From Octopus vulgaris (taxonomy: Eukaryota), in the NCBI GenBank assembly GCA_951406725.2, contig OX597815.1:44640001-44704000 (forward strand): 64,000 nt of DNA. The letters run 5' to 3'. Position numbers and translations under genes: made by a program. The notes beneath the pieces are model-generated. The model saw only the letters and a program-made list of their open reading frames with translations. It did no database searches and was not told the DNA's origin. Positions 1 to 12,634 of the stretch are shown piece after piece. Position 1 is the stretch's first letter. Every line of letters begins with the position of its first letter.

Positions 1-199
1 TATAAATAGTTGAACTTTACAAAAAAACAAAAACAAAAGACGAAGACTGGTGTATAAACAACAAACAGGTGTATTAGTTTGACGCTCGGGAAAGTGAGAA
101 AATCTTTTACGTTTCGAGCCTTACACTCTTCAAAAGAGAGGAACACGAAGAAATAAACAGAGAGAGAATAAATAACTTGTGGATTTACCGATCAATCAT

Positions 200-200
<1 letters not shown>
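1..200 (-). mobile_element. PLE pseudo-LTR fragment with degenerate hammerhead (104-140)
   Basis: Minus strand reads CTTTTGA-A-GAGT-gtaag-GCTC-GAAA-CGTA. The same motif family occurs at 10851-10886, and the tail is homologous to 49700-49782 (+). Confidence 0.55.
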
Positions 201-225
<25 letters not shown>

Positions 226-230
<5 letters not shown>

Positions 231-560
231 CCCCCTTCGGTCACGACACAGACCATGGGATTGCACCTAGAAAGTTACCCTCCCAGGCAGAAGTCCGGAC
301 AAGGTTGTTAATGGAAGACCAGCAGTCGCTCATGCATACCGGCCTCGCCTCTCCACGCCACCAGTGTTATCCAAGGGAAAGGCAACGGCAGATACAGCTT
401 GGCACCTGTGACGTAGCAAATCATTTGTACAGCTGAGTGAACTGGAGCAACGTGAAATAAAGTGTCTTGCTCAAGAACACAACACGCAACCCGGTCTGGG
501 ATTCGAGTTCACAACTTCATGATCGTAAGCTCGACGCTCTAACCACTGAGCCATGCGCCC
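226..560 (-). mobile_element. tRNA-derived SINE with Meta/CORE-like central domain
   Basis: Minus strand begins GGCGCATGGCTCAGTGGTTAGAGCG (A box) ... CTCGAATCCC (B box), then GTGTTCTTGAGCAAGACACTTTATTTCACGTTGCTCCAG. A partial second copy lies at 561-723; relatives at 11015-11308, 27750-28070 and 32990-33130. Confidence 0.75.
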
Positions 561-817
561 AGACAAGTCCGAGGAAGGTAGTTTTATGAAAGACCAGCAA
601 TTGCTCATGCATACCAGCCTCCCCTCTCCGCTCTACCGATGTTACTCAAGGGAAAGGCAAGACGTCGCAACTTATTTCTACAGCCGAGTGAACTGGAGCA
701 ACGTAAAATAAAGTGTCTTGCCCAATATGTATGTATCCATGTAGGTATATATGAATGTATGTATGCATGTGTGTGTGTATGAATGTACGTATGTATATAT
801 GTATGTATATTAATTTA

Positions 818-880
<63 letters not shown>

Positions 881-1027
881 GATTTAAATCGTGTAGTAAG
901 AAATTCAATAGCAAGGCTCGAGATACATTAAAAAAATGGCTTCAGTATTCGTTTATCACCGTATTTGTACTCTGTGCATATGGTTTTTACATGTTGTCGG
1001 GAGCTTTTACATGCTAGTAATAACACC

Positions 1028-1061
<34 letters not shown>

Positions 1062-1178
1062 GCACGCACTCTTTTCGTTGCCTGAACTGTTTTATGTGTA
1101 TTGAAATTTATTTTGATTTGAGTCTTAAGGCTTATACTTTTCATTTAATATACACACACATATACATGTTTTATCATA

Positions 1179-1246
<68 letters not shown>

Positions 1247-2011
1247 TGTGTATAACTGGAGAAAAGTATTAAACGGGTGTATGTATAGGAAGTATGTAAA
1301 TAGTATTGTCTTATAAGGTCATCTCGCTTATGTGTCACGCTTATCTCTGTGTCTTTCTCTCTTCCTCACCCTCTCTCTCTCTTTCTTTCACTCACACACA
1401 TACACTCACTCATACACAGACTACCCACACTTCACCACGCTCATTCTATCAACACATCTCCTCCTTCGTTTCTCAGCTTCTTTCTCTTTATCGCTTTCTA
1501 CTTAATTCTTGTTTTCTATTTGCTTATTATTTTAACTCTATTTTTAACCCTATTTATTTTAACTCCCTTTCAAACGTACACACATACGTATTCTTGCACA
1601 CACATACACACACACCCACACATGCACATACACACGCGCACACACACGTACACACAGTCACGCACGCGCACATACACACATACACATATATACATACACA
1701 TACAATTACATACACATCCAATGAAAAGTGCAGCGGAAACTTAGAGTGCAAAAGAAACACGAAGTCATTACACTTTTCTTCTGCTCCTGTTTGCAAAGTG
1801 TGTTGCTTCTACTGTTTGTAGATTAAACAAATGGGTCTCCAACGGTTACAACGATGATTAATCCAGCTGTTGAATAAACTGAACTATTTACACACTGAAT
1901 TAAAATCTAAGTGGCTGAATACTCCACAGACAATTTTTCTCTTAACAAACCTCAACCAGTATTAACCTGACAAAGCGAGGAAATAGGTTAGACCTTTGAA
2001 TTATATAAATA

Positions 2012-2180
2012 GGCGCAGGAGTGGCTGTGTGGTAAGTAGCTTGCTTACCAACTACATGGTTCCAGGTTCAGTCCCACTGCGTGGCACTTTGGGCATTTGT
2101 CTTCTACTATAGCTTCGGGCCGACTAAAGCCTTGTGAGCGGATTTAGTTGACGGAAACTGAAAGAAGCCTGTCGTATATA
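2012..2180 (+). mobile_element. Short tRNA-derived SINE (family B)
   Basis: GGCGCAGGAGTGGCTGTGTGGTAAG...GGTTCAGTCCC...GACGGAAACTGAAAGAAGCCTGTCG followed by (TA)n. Related copies at about 6155-6306, 28652-28808(-), 31205-31355, 32120-32285(-), 40770-40870(-), 42908-43073(-), 44897-45045(-) and 50180-50320(-). Confidence 0.8.
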
Positions 2181-2190
2181 TGTATATGTA

Positions 2191-2426
2191 TGGGACGCCG
2201 GTTGTCCGACCGTTTCACTGAACACTTGAGGGACGTTCGCCTACACTCTTTTTCTCCCGTCGCACGCCACTTCCGCTCGGCCGGCCATTCCCGAGATGAC
2301 ATCTCAGTGTTTGGTCTCGCCCCCCACAATGGTCGCCCACTTTCCAGGCTCCACTTGGAGCAACGCTACATCTTCACCCTACAAACTACCACCCCACACG
2401 GACTTAACACAGCCCCCTCCTCTTGA
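2191..2426 (+). pseudogene. C-terminal half of a Penelope-like retroelement GIY-YIG endonuclease (5'-truncated)
   Basis: GRRLSDRFTEHLRDV...SPVARHFRSAGHS..DISVFGL...RLHLEQRYIFTLQTTTPHGLN matches the PLE endonuclease pattern R-x-x-EH, PVAxHF..H, E-x-x-x-I-x-x-L-x-T-x-x-P-x-GLN. Confidence 0.85.
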
Positions 2427-5324
2427 GACCGTTTTTTTTTTTTTTTTTTTTTCCGGACACACCACACACACACCCCACCCACCTACCTCCCACCCACCTA
2501 CCTACCTCCCACCCGCCTGTTCACACACACACATACGTAGACCCATCTACGTACATACATTCACACATTTAATCACACACACTTACAGACACACATGCAC
2601 ATACACACACACATACATACATACACACACGCATACATACTTACACACACACACACACACACAGACATACATACACACATACACACACACATACATACGC
2701 ACATACATACACACACACTCACACACACACACCGCACGTACATACTTCACACACACACACATGCACACATACATGTAGGCACATACATACATACATACCC
2801 ACACATGCACACCCGTACACTGAATGCACACACACATACACCTTTTTGCATCCAGGCAGCCCCCCCCCCCTCTTTTCTGCTTTCCGGTTTTGGCTGATGG
2901 ATCCTCAGTTCCCGCGTAGCGGGCGTTCGAGGGCCTTTGCGCTCGCGCGCCTTGGCGCGCGCTGGGGGCTCGGTCGGCCCCTCTGGGCTTGCGTTGCACT
3001 GCTTGTGCGTTGTGTGCGCGAGCGCGCTTCGTGTGTGTGGGCTTGCTTCGGATGTGCGCTTGCGTATGTTTGCATACATACCCACACACTCGCATGCATC
3101 CCTACCCACATACATACACGCACACCTACTCACACACACACATACACACACACACATACCCGCACACACACACACATACATACATACACACACATACCCA
3201 CTTCAGACATACACACACACAGACATACACCCATACACCCACACTCACACGCATACACACACACACATACACACGCACACGTACACATACACACACACAC
3301 ACACCCACATACATACATTACACTTGTATACACACACACTTACATTCATACACACACACACCTACACAGCCACACCCTCACTCAGACACACACATCTACC
3401 TACACACACACAAACACACACTGACACACACCCATACATACATACATCTACACACTCACGCCTACACACATACATACACACATACATAAACACACACACA
3501 TACACATACACACACATACGCACACACGCATATACTTATACACATGCACACACACACACATACATACATACACCCATATACATACACACACACATACCTA
3601 CATACTCCTATACGCACATACATACACACAGACATACACACATACACACTCACACAAACATACACACACACATACTTACACACACACTCACCTGCACGCG
3701 CACACACATGCATGACAAACACTCATACACTCACACTCACATACGCACACACCAACATAAACACGCACACGCACACACACACCTACACTCCCACACACAT
3801 ACACACGCACCTACATACACACACGCACGCATACACACGCATACACACATACATTACACACGTACACACACACCTACATACACATGCATACACACACACA
3901 CACAAACATGCACGGACACACCCAGACATACATACATACACCTATATACACACGCCTACACACCTACATACACACACATATACACACGCCCACACAGCTA
4001 CATAAACACACATACATACACACATACACGGACACACCCATACATACTTACATACATACACCTATACACACACGCCTACACACCTACACACACACATGCA
4101 CACACACACACATGTACGCACATACACACACATATACGCACACGCATATATACCCACACACATGCACACACACACACATACGCACATACATGCACGCATG
4201 CACACGCGCACACCTACACGCATACACACACACACACGCACGTACACATACATACATACACACACGCATACATACACCCATATACATACATGCATCCTAC
4301 ACACACATACATACACACTCACACATACATACACACACACGCACTCACTCACACACCTGTATGTTCGCGCACACACATGCACATACACACACTTCCCCAC
4401 ACCCACACGTACATACATACACACTCATACACACATACACACACACACACACACACACGGACATACATCTATGCACACACATATATACACACATACTCAC
4501 ATACATTCATCGGACACACTGCCACCCAGACATACACACAGACACACTCACACATCCACACGCACACATACGTACGCGCACACTCGCAGGCTCGCGCACA
4601 CACGCGTTTGCGCCGGTTCGCGCACGCATGCGCCCCGCATGCACCTCGCCCTTGGACCCGACGAGACCTCCCGCCCGTTCCTGGGATGTCGCTTGTCGTT
4701 GGGTTTTCCCACGCCCGTCTCCGCGGGACCACTCTTCCATCTTCCCCTCCGCTGGAGTCCTTTTCCTACCCCCCCCCCCCTTTTTTTTCGTTACACACAC
4801 GCGCACACATATACACACATTGCTTAAACATATACATCACTCTTACACACATTCAATCTACTCGCCACTAATACTACCACGACACTGGACACACACACAC
4901 ACTACTACTCAACACACGCTGGCACGCTACATACGCCCCCACCCCTTCCCCTCCCTCCCTTCCTCCTTCCTCCCTTTTCTCACTACTGACCTTTGTCTGC
5001 TATGCTGCTGCTATGCTGACCACCGTCTCGCCCTACCTCACACGCCTACACACAGACGCACACACTAACACATACATATTTTTTGTTTTTTTACCTCGCC
5101 TCACACACACACATACACACACGCACACGCACACACTCACACATACACACACATCTGTTGCGTTACCAACCTTGTCTCCACTCTTTTGCCTTTAAAAACC
5201 CACTTTGCTCTTGTTATCGTAAACATCCGCCTTTCACCATGTGCTACTCCTAACACCAGCCGTTTTTTTCTCTATCTCCGTTGCCCGCTCCGGGATCTTT
5301 CTTTCCTCTCTCTTCCTTCTTTAT

Positions 5325-5359
5325 GTTTCCGACGAAGAGCTCCGCTCGAAACGTCATAC
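5325..5359 (+). ncRNA. Minimal type I hammerhead ribozyme motif (PLE type)
   Basis: CCGACGA-A-GAGC-tcc-GCTC-GAAA-CGTC: variant CUGANGA core (U4C), 4-bp stem II, palindromic ACGT stem III, GUC cleavage triplet. Confidence 0.7.
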
Positions 5360-5445
5360 CTCCCTGCTTCCATTTCCTGAGCGCCTATTAATAATAATAC
5401 TGTAATTGTTCCCTTGTTGTTGTTTTTTTGTTTCCCGTTTGGATT

Positions 5446-5521
<76 letters not shown>

Positions 5522-5527
<6 letters not shown>

Positions 5528-5722
5528 CCCCCACCCAACATCGCTTGACAACCGATGCTGGTGTGTTTACGTCCCTCAGCCGTTCGGCAAAAGAGACCGA
5601 TAGAATGAGTACTAGGCTTACAAAGAATAAATTCTGGGGTCGATTTGTTCGACTAAAGGCAGTGCTTCAGCATGGCCGCAGTCAAATGACTGAAACAAGT
5701 AAAAGAGTAAAAGAGTAAAGAG
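5522..5722 (+). mobile_element. SINE-like repeat (family D)
   Basis: CATCGCTTGACAACCGATGCTGGTGTGTTTACG...GGCCGCAGTCAAATGACTGAAACAAG-(TAAAAGAG)n. Copies at 6824-6900(-), 30945-31105(-), 31885-32092, 34240-34430(-), 42620-42815(-) and 49220-49272(-). Confidence 0.75.
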
Positions 5723-5745
5723 TTTCTTCCAACGACCTTCTACAG

Positions 5746-6029
5746 CAATGGTTCTCAACCATTATTCATTATAGAGCGCTTTGATTTTGGTGAAACTCTA
5801 TAGCCCATAGCCATTCGATGTTTAAAAACAAGTTTTATAAATACTTTTCAAAATTCCTATTTCGATATGCAGATATCAACTTGAGTGGGTTGAACTATGT
5901 AGAACGTTAAAGAAAGAAACTTAGCTGTTTCTTGAAATAGACATATTTAAATCAAAGCATAGACACTTAAAATACCACTGTGGATCCCCAATTTAAGGGG
6001 TCGTATGGACCCTGGTTCAGAACCACTTG
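5746..6029. mobile_element. hAT (Charlie-like) MITE
   Basis: TIRs CAATGGTTCTCAACC / GGTTCAGAACCACTTG with an 8-bp TSD TTCTACAG at 5738-5745 and 6030-6037. A related left end lies near 27325. Confidence 0.8.
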
Positions 6030-6304
6030 TTCTACAGTGTCAATCTGCCCAATTTCTTACAAATCTTGGATTCAAATGTGGTTTCTGGTAAATAAAAGAA
6101 GCAAATGCAAGATACTACTTTGATGAACGAACTTGCAACTCCAAAACCTCGAATAGACGTGCCTGTGAGGTAAGAAGCTCACTTCCCAACCACATGGTTT
6201 CAGGTTCAGTCCAATTGTGTGACACCCCGGGCGAATGCCTGCTACAACAGCCTCGGGTCGACCAGAGCCTTGTAAGAGGATTTGGATGACAGAAACTGAA
6301 AGAA

Positions 6305-6540
6305 GGCGGCGATCTGGCAGAAACATTAGCATGCCGGGCGAAATGCTTAGCGGTATTTCGTCTGCCGCTATGTTCTGAGTTCAAATTCCGCCGAGGTCGA
6401 CTTTCCCTTTCATCCTTTCGGGGTCGATTAAATAAGGACCAGTTACGCACTGGGGTTGATGTAATCGACTTAATCCCTTTGTCTGTCCTTGTTTGTCCTC
6501 TCTCTGCTTAGCCCGTTGTAGGCAGTAAACAAATAAGAAA
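6305..6540 (+). mobile_element. tRNA-derived SINE (family C)
   Basis: GGCGGCGATCTGGCAGAAAC...GAGTTCAAATTCCGCCGAGGTCGACTTT...GGGGTCGAT. Copies at 12215-12395(-), 25502-25715, 26990-27205, 33728-33860, 40135-40410, 52040-52195, 55063-55295, 56703-56870(-), 61727-62095(-) and 63548-63757. Confidence 0.8.
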
Positions 6541-6918
6541 CTGAAAGAACCCTCTTGTTTATATGTGTGTGTGGGTGGGTGCGTGTGTGCGTGCGTGTGT
6601 GTGTGTGTGTGTATGTGTGTGTGTGTGTATGACTGTGTGTCATATTAATCACAACTGGGACGAAATTAATTCCCAATCGTGTACATTTATGGAAGTACAG
6701 AATATCCTAGATCTTTTTATTTGTTTCAAGCATAGGACTTGTGGCATTACTCGGGTACCACTTTCAAAGGTTTAGGCTTAATAATTGCACCCCCCCCCCC
6801 CCACTGCATATATATTTTTTAAGTAAAGTACTCATTCTGTCGGTCTCTGTTGCCGAACTGACAACACCGAGGATGGAGGAGATAGAAACAGAAACACAGA
6901 CACTCACACGTATGTATG

Positions 6919-6975
<57 letters not shown>

Positions 6976-6977
<2 letters not shown>

Positions 6978-9253
6978 ATGCATATACCCACACACTCGCA
7001 TGCATCCCTACCCACATACATACACGCACACCTACTCACACACACACATACACACACACACATACACACACACACACACACACACATACACACACACACA
7101 CACACACATACCTACTTCAGACATACACACACACAGACATACACCCATACACTCACACTCACACGCATACACACACATACACACGCACACGTACACATAC
7201 ACACACACACACCTACATACATACATTACACTTGTATACACACACACTTACATACATACACACACACACATCTACCTACACACACACACAAACACACACA
7301 GACACACACCCATACATACATACATCTACACACACACGCCTACACACATACATGCACACATACATAAACACACACACATACACATACACACACATACGCA
7401 CACACACATACATATACACCCACATACACACACACACACATACCTACATACTCCTATACGCACATACATACACACAGACATACACACATACACACTCACA
7501 CACAACATACACACACACATACCTGCACGCGCACACACATGCATGACAAACACCCATACACTCACACTCACATACGCACACACCAACATAAACACGCACA
7601 CGCACACACACACCTACACTCCCACACACATACACAAGCACCTACATACACACACGCACGCATACACACGCATACACACATACATTACACACGTACACAC
7701 ACACCTACATACACATGCATACACACACACACAAACATGCACGGACACACCCAGACATACACACATACACCTATATACACACGCCCACACACCTACATAC
7801 ACACACATATACACACGCCCACACACCTACATACACACACATACACGGACACACCCATACATACTTACATACTTACATACATACACCTATACACACACGC
7901 CTACACACCTACATACACACACATGCATACACACACACACATGTACGCACATACACACACATATACGCACATACATATATACCCACACACATGCACACAC
8001 ACACACACATACGCACATGCATGCATGCATGCACACGCGCACACCTACACGCATACACACACACACACGTACACATACATACATACACACACGCATACAT
8101 ACACCCATACACATACATGCATCCTACACACACATACATACACACTCACACATACATACACACACACACACTCACTCACACACCTGTATGTACGCGCACA
8201 CACACATGCACATACACACACTTCCCCACACCCACACGTACATACATACACACTCATACACATACACACACACACACACGGACATACATCTATGCACACA
8301 CATATATACACACATACTCACATACATTCATCGGACACACTGCCACCCAGACATACACACAGACACACTCACACATCCACACACATACATACTTACGCGC
8401 ATACTCGCAGGCGCGCGCACACACGCGCTTGCGGTTAGCGCACGCATACGCGCCGCATGCACCTCGCTCTTGGACCCGACGAGACCTCCCGCCCGTTCCT
8501 GGGACCGTCGCTTGTCGTTGGGTTTTCCCACGCCCGTCTCCGCGGGACCACTCTTCCATCTTCCCCTCAGCTGGAGTCCTTTTTCCTTAACCCCCCTTTT
8601 TCGTTACACACGCGCGCACACATATACACACATTGCTTAAATATATACATTACTCTTACACACATTCAATCTACTCGCCATTAATACTACCACGACACTG
8701 ACACACACACACACTACTACTCAACACACGCTGGCACGCTACATACGCCCCCACCCCTTCCCCTCCCTCCCTTCCTCCTTCCTTCTTTTTCTTACTACTG
8801 ACCTTTGTCTGCTAAGCTGACCACTGTCTCGCCCTACCTCACACGCCTACACACAGACGCACACACTAACACATACATATATTTTTTGTTTTTTTATCTC
8901 GCCTCACACACACACATACACACACGCACACGCACACACTCACACACATACACACACATCTGTTGCGTTACCAACCTTGTCTCCACTCTTTTGCCTTTAA
9001 AAACCTACTTTGCTCTTGTTATCGTAAACATCCGCCTTTCACCATGTGCAACTCGTAAACACCAGTCGTTTTTTTTTCTCTATCCCTGTTGCCCGCTCTG
9101 GGATCTTTCTTTCCTCTCTCTTCCTTCTTTATGTTTCCGACGAAGAGCTCCGCTCGAAACGTCATACCTCCCTGCTTCTATTTCCTGAGCGCCTATTAAT
9201 AATAATACTGTATTTGTTCCATTGTTGTTGTTTTTTTGTTTCCCGTTTGGATT

Positions 9254-9260
<7 letters not shown>
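6976..9260 (+). mobile_element. Second, further truncated copy of the PLE tail (homologous to ~3070-5450)
   Basis: Colinear match including the degenerate CA-rich region, the G-rich patch (8390-8580), the HHR (9133-9167) and the same 3' end. The flanks differ from copy 1. Confidence 0.85.
9133..9167 (+). ncRNA. Minimal hammerhead ribozyme motif, identical to 5325-5359
   Basis: CCGACGAAGAGCTCCGCTCGAAACGTC. Confidence 0.7.
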
Positions 9261-9284
<24 letters not shown>

Positions 9285-9324
9285 CGTGTGTGTGTGCGTG
9301 TTTGCATGTGTGTGTATGTGTGAG

Positions 9325-9510
9325 ACCAACCAGTGTAAAATCAATTGCAGAACTTGCGGCAATCCAACAAAGCTACACGAGGAAGATAAACTACTGGGAA
9401 AGGCTCAAGCGCCTGAGGCTATTCCCTGGAGCGAAGACGGGAGAGATATGCCGTAATATACATCTGAGAGATCCAGGGGCGACTAGTCTCAAACTTTGGC
9501 AGGCGAGACT
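9325..9510 (+). pseudogene. CR1/L2-group LINE ORF2 C-terminal remnant
   Basis: SIAELAAIQQSYTRKINYWERLKRLRLF / LERRRERYAVIYI (frameshifted) fits the YxERLxxLxLxSLExRRxR motif. Confidence 0.7.
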
Positions 9511-10269
9511 AGTCTAAAAATGACAGGGACACAGTGAAGTGAGCGGCGTACGTACACTTTGGTCTCTTATATGTAAGTATACATTTTTCTAAATCTTGTA
9601 CGACTCTGTTTCTGTCTATCAGCACTTTCACATTTATTCGTTCATTCAACTCTTCGTTCTTTCGTTCCCTCTCTCTCACATTTCTTTGCCTTCTCTTCTT
9701 GCTCGCTTTCCCTCCATTTTTCACTTCACTGTGTCCTTGTCATTTTTTGTCGCCCCTCCTTAATTCTTCTGTCCCTCTGCTTCTACTTCTCTCTCTTCTC
9801 TTCCAACATGACCGCTTCAGCCAAGCCTGTTCTTTCTTGGTTTGACGTTGTCCGTGCAACATCGATATTCTTCCCTGTGTTTGTGAAATATTTGTATCTC
9901 TGCCGTAAGGCTTCATTTCCACACACGCCAGCTTAACTTAATTCGTCCTTAGTCGAAAGACACCTGTTGTTATGTCCTGTTAGTATTTTTTTATTGTATT
10001 TGTGTAACATTGTCCGTTTTTTTCGTCCTTGTTCTCGCTGCTTTCTTCCAAGGAATCTAATACTCTTAGTTTTTCCTTGGGACTGGCCAGATTGGAGCAA
10101 TCCCAAGTATAATCAGCTGAAATTACGAAGATAAACTGGTACTTGACTGAGGAAAGAAAACTTCGAATGACTCGTCCTTGTTTTCTTTGTATCATATATC
10201 TGGATATTTTATTGTCCCATTTTTGCATCAACTAACTGGCCGGATGTTTTGCGTTCTTGTTCCATTTTG

Positions 10270-10321
<52 letters not shown>

Positions 10322-10323
<2 letters not shown>

Positions 10324-10592
10324 TAACCGACCAGACCATCAGATGTTGCTACACATCGCTGGTCATAATGCGTTCGCACTGTTTTAGCCTTCGAACGACG
10401 CCACCCCGCTGGCTAAGCGAGCAGCCAACAGAAGAAAGAGAGAAAGAGTGGTGAAAGAGTACAGCAGGGACCACCACCCCCTGCCGGAGCCTCATGGAGC
10501 TTTTAGGTGTTTTCGCTCAATAAACACACACAACGCCCGGTCTGGGAATCGAAACCGCGATCCTACGACTGCGTGTCCGCTGCCCTAACCAC
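10322..10592 (-). mobile_element. tRNA-derived SINE (family A head)
   Basis: Reverse complement of TGGTTAGGGCAGCGGAC...GGTTTCGATTCCCAGACCGGGCG. A near-identical copy lies at 44232-44513(-). Confidence 0.8.
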
Positions 10593-10623
10593 ATATATAG
10601 CGGCGGCATAGTACACTTTGGTG

Positions 10624-10710
<87 letters not shown>

Positions 10711-10766
10711 CATGTATATATGTATGTATGAATGTATGTATGTATGTATGTATGTATGTATGTATG

Positions 10767-10797
<31 letters not shown>

Positions 10798-10850
10798 TTG
10801 AAATTTATAGAAAAACAGAAGACAAAGACAGTAGGGAAAAATGGAAAAAT

Positions 10851-10886
10851 ATTTTACGTTTCGAGCCTACGCTCTTCAACAGAAAG
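10851..10886 (-). ncRNA. Degenerate minimal hammerhead motif
   Basis: CTGTTGA-A-GAGC-gtag-GCTC-GAAA-CGTA. Confidence 0.55.
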
Positions 10887-12105
10887 GAATAATAGAAAAT
10901 ACACAGAGAGAGAATGAAAAAAATTGTAGATTTCAGCGGTCCAGCATATACTATTGTTTAAAACAGGTTCTAATCTCGAATGAGCTGAGCTTTTATATGA
11001 AGCCAACGCCGAAGGCTCCAGTTGATCCGATCAACAGAACAGCCTGCTCGTGAAATTAACATGCCAGTGGCTGAGCAATTCGCAGACATATGTACCCTTA
11101 ACATAGTTCTCAAGGAGATTCAATGTGACACAGAATGTGATAAGGCTGACTCTTTGAAATACAGATACTACTCATTTTTGCCAGCTGAGTGGACTGGAGT
11201 AACGTGAAATAAAGTGTCTTGCTCAAGGGTACAACGCGTCATCGGGAATTGGACACATGACCTAATGATCGCGCGCCGAATACCCTAACAGCTAAGCTAC
11301 GCGCCTTTACACGCACAGTAATATACAGACTATATTTGTTTAATGCACTTTATTATAGTACAGATGGCACTGTTATTTATCCCCTATCTAAACAGGCACC
11401 CCTCTGATCAAAAAATTGTAGCAGCTTCATCCACAACCACGTCTACGTCATTCTTTTTGTCCTTTACTAAGACAGCAGCGTATGATTTACGTGAATGTTG
11501 ACTTCGAGCAGGTCATTCGACCACGTTAATGCTCCTTCGTTGCCTCGTATTGTAATAATTGATTAAGTGTGCTGTTATCGTATATGTGATATGCGAATCT
11601 GCTTTTGCATGATGTATGAGTATTTCTATATATGTGTGTCTGTATGCATGGAAAGAGAGACAGGAAAGCAGACGGGCAGGGCGACACTCAGATGAATGTG
11701 TTAGATAAGATAAGATTTCAGGCTCCGTCTGACAAGCCACTGAGCGCTATTGGCTAGTGTCAACTCAAGTTCAATGACCTCGGTTTTAATTAAGGTATTA
11801 CATCACCATTTAGAAACATGCCTGTCAACTCGATCGAGTTTGCACAGCAGTGGTTGTCTGAAGCATGATAAAAATTTTTTTCGGTTTGTCAATATGACAG
11901 AAGGGCACGGAAAATAAATTTAAATTATGATTTAAACCTTGGTCACTGATGCATTATGTTTGATATATGCATGTTTGTGTGTGTACGTGGGAGGGGGGGT
12001 GTTTTTGTGTGTGTGTGTGTGTGCGTGTGTGTGTGACCATCGGTGTCCATTAACATCCAATAGTCTTGAGTTAGAGTATGAAAGAATGTGTGTGTGTGTG
12101 TGTGT

Positions 12106-12178
<73 letters not shown>

Positions 12179-12634
12179 TGTGTGTGTCGCGCGCTCTATA
12201 TTGGCTGTAATGTAACTTTTTTTAATTTTGACACAGCCAGCAATTTTGAGGAAAATTCGAAATCGATTACATCGATACCAGTGCTCGACTCGTGCTTATT
12301 TTATCGACCTTGAAACGAGAAATGGTACGGTTGAGCTCGGTGGCAATTGAGCTCAGAGCTTGAAACGTCAGAAGAAATGCCGCTAAACATGTCATCCGGC
12401 TGTGTCTGGGGAGAGTCATTTTCTTTTTGTGCCTTATAATGTAACACACTCACCGGTAAAATTTCCACTTATTTCTTATATTTATTTCCCTAAAATCTTC
12501 GTTGCGTCTTGCAACCTTTTCAATACTCCACTCCATTAAAACATGCATCAAATCCAAAAACGAAATATTTCATACGGCGTTTTAATGATTCTGCCAGCTC
12601 ACCACCTGATGTATTGACAATAATATAGGGTGTT

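Larger units (their letters stand above)
2191..5450 (+). mobile_element. 5'-truncated Penelope-like element with ~2.7 kb C/A-rich tail and 3' hammerhead
   Basis: GIY-YIG remnant, long degenerate (CA/TACA) tail, HHR at 5325-5359, and an end at ATTAAAAT followed by (TA)n. Confidence 0.75.

Noticed and set aside
2880-3072. CpG-island promoter or rRNA fragment
   Set aside because: No recognisable rRNA similarity. The GC richness comes from loss of A and gain of G on one strand inside a retroelement tail.
2296-8640. Long H/T/Y/I-rich ORFs (644, 574, 394 aa and others)
   Set aside because: Stop-poor translations of CA-rich low-complexity DNA, open in several frames and on both strands.
9540-12580. 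Further HHR-like strings near 10146-10178 (+) and 12490-12525 (-)
   Set aside because: Cores too degenerate to call; probably decayed PLE ends.
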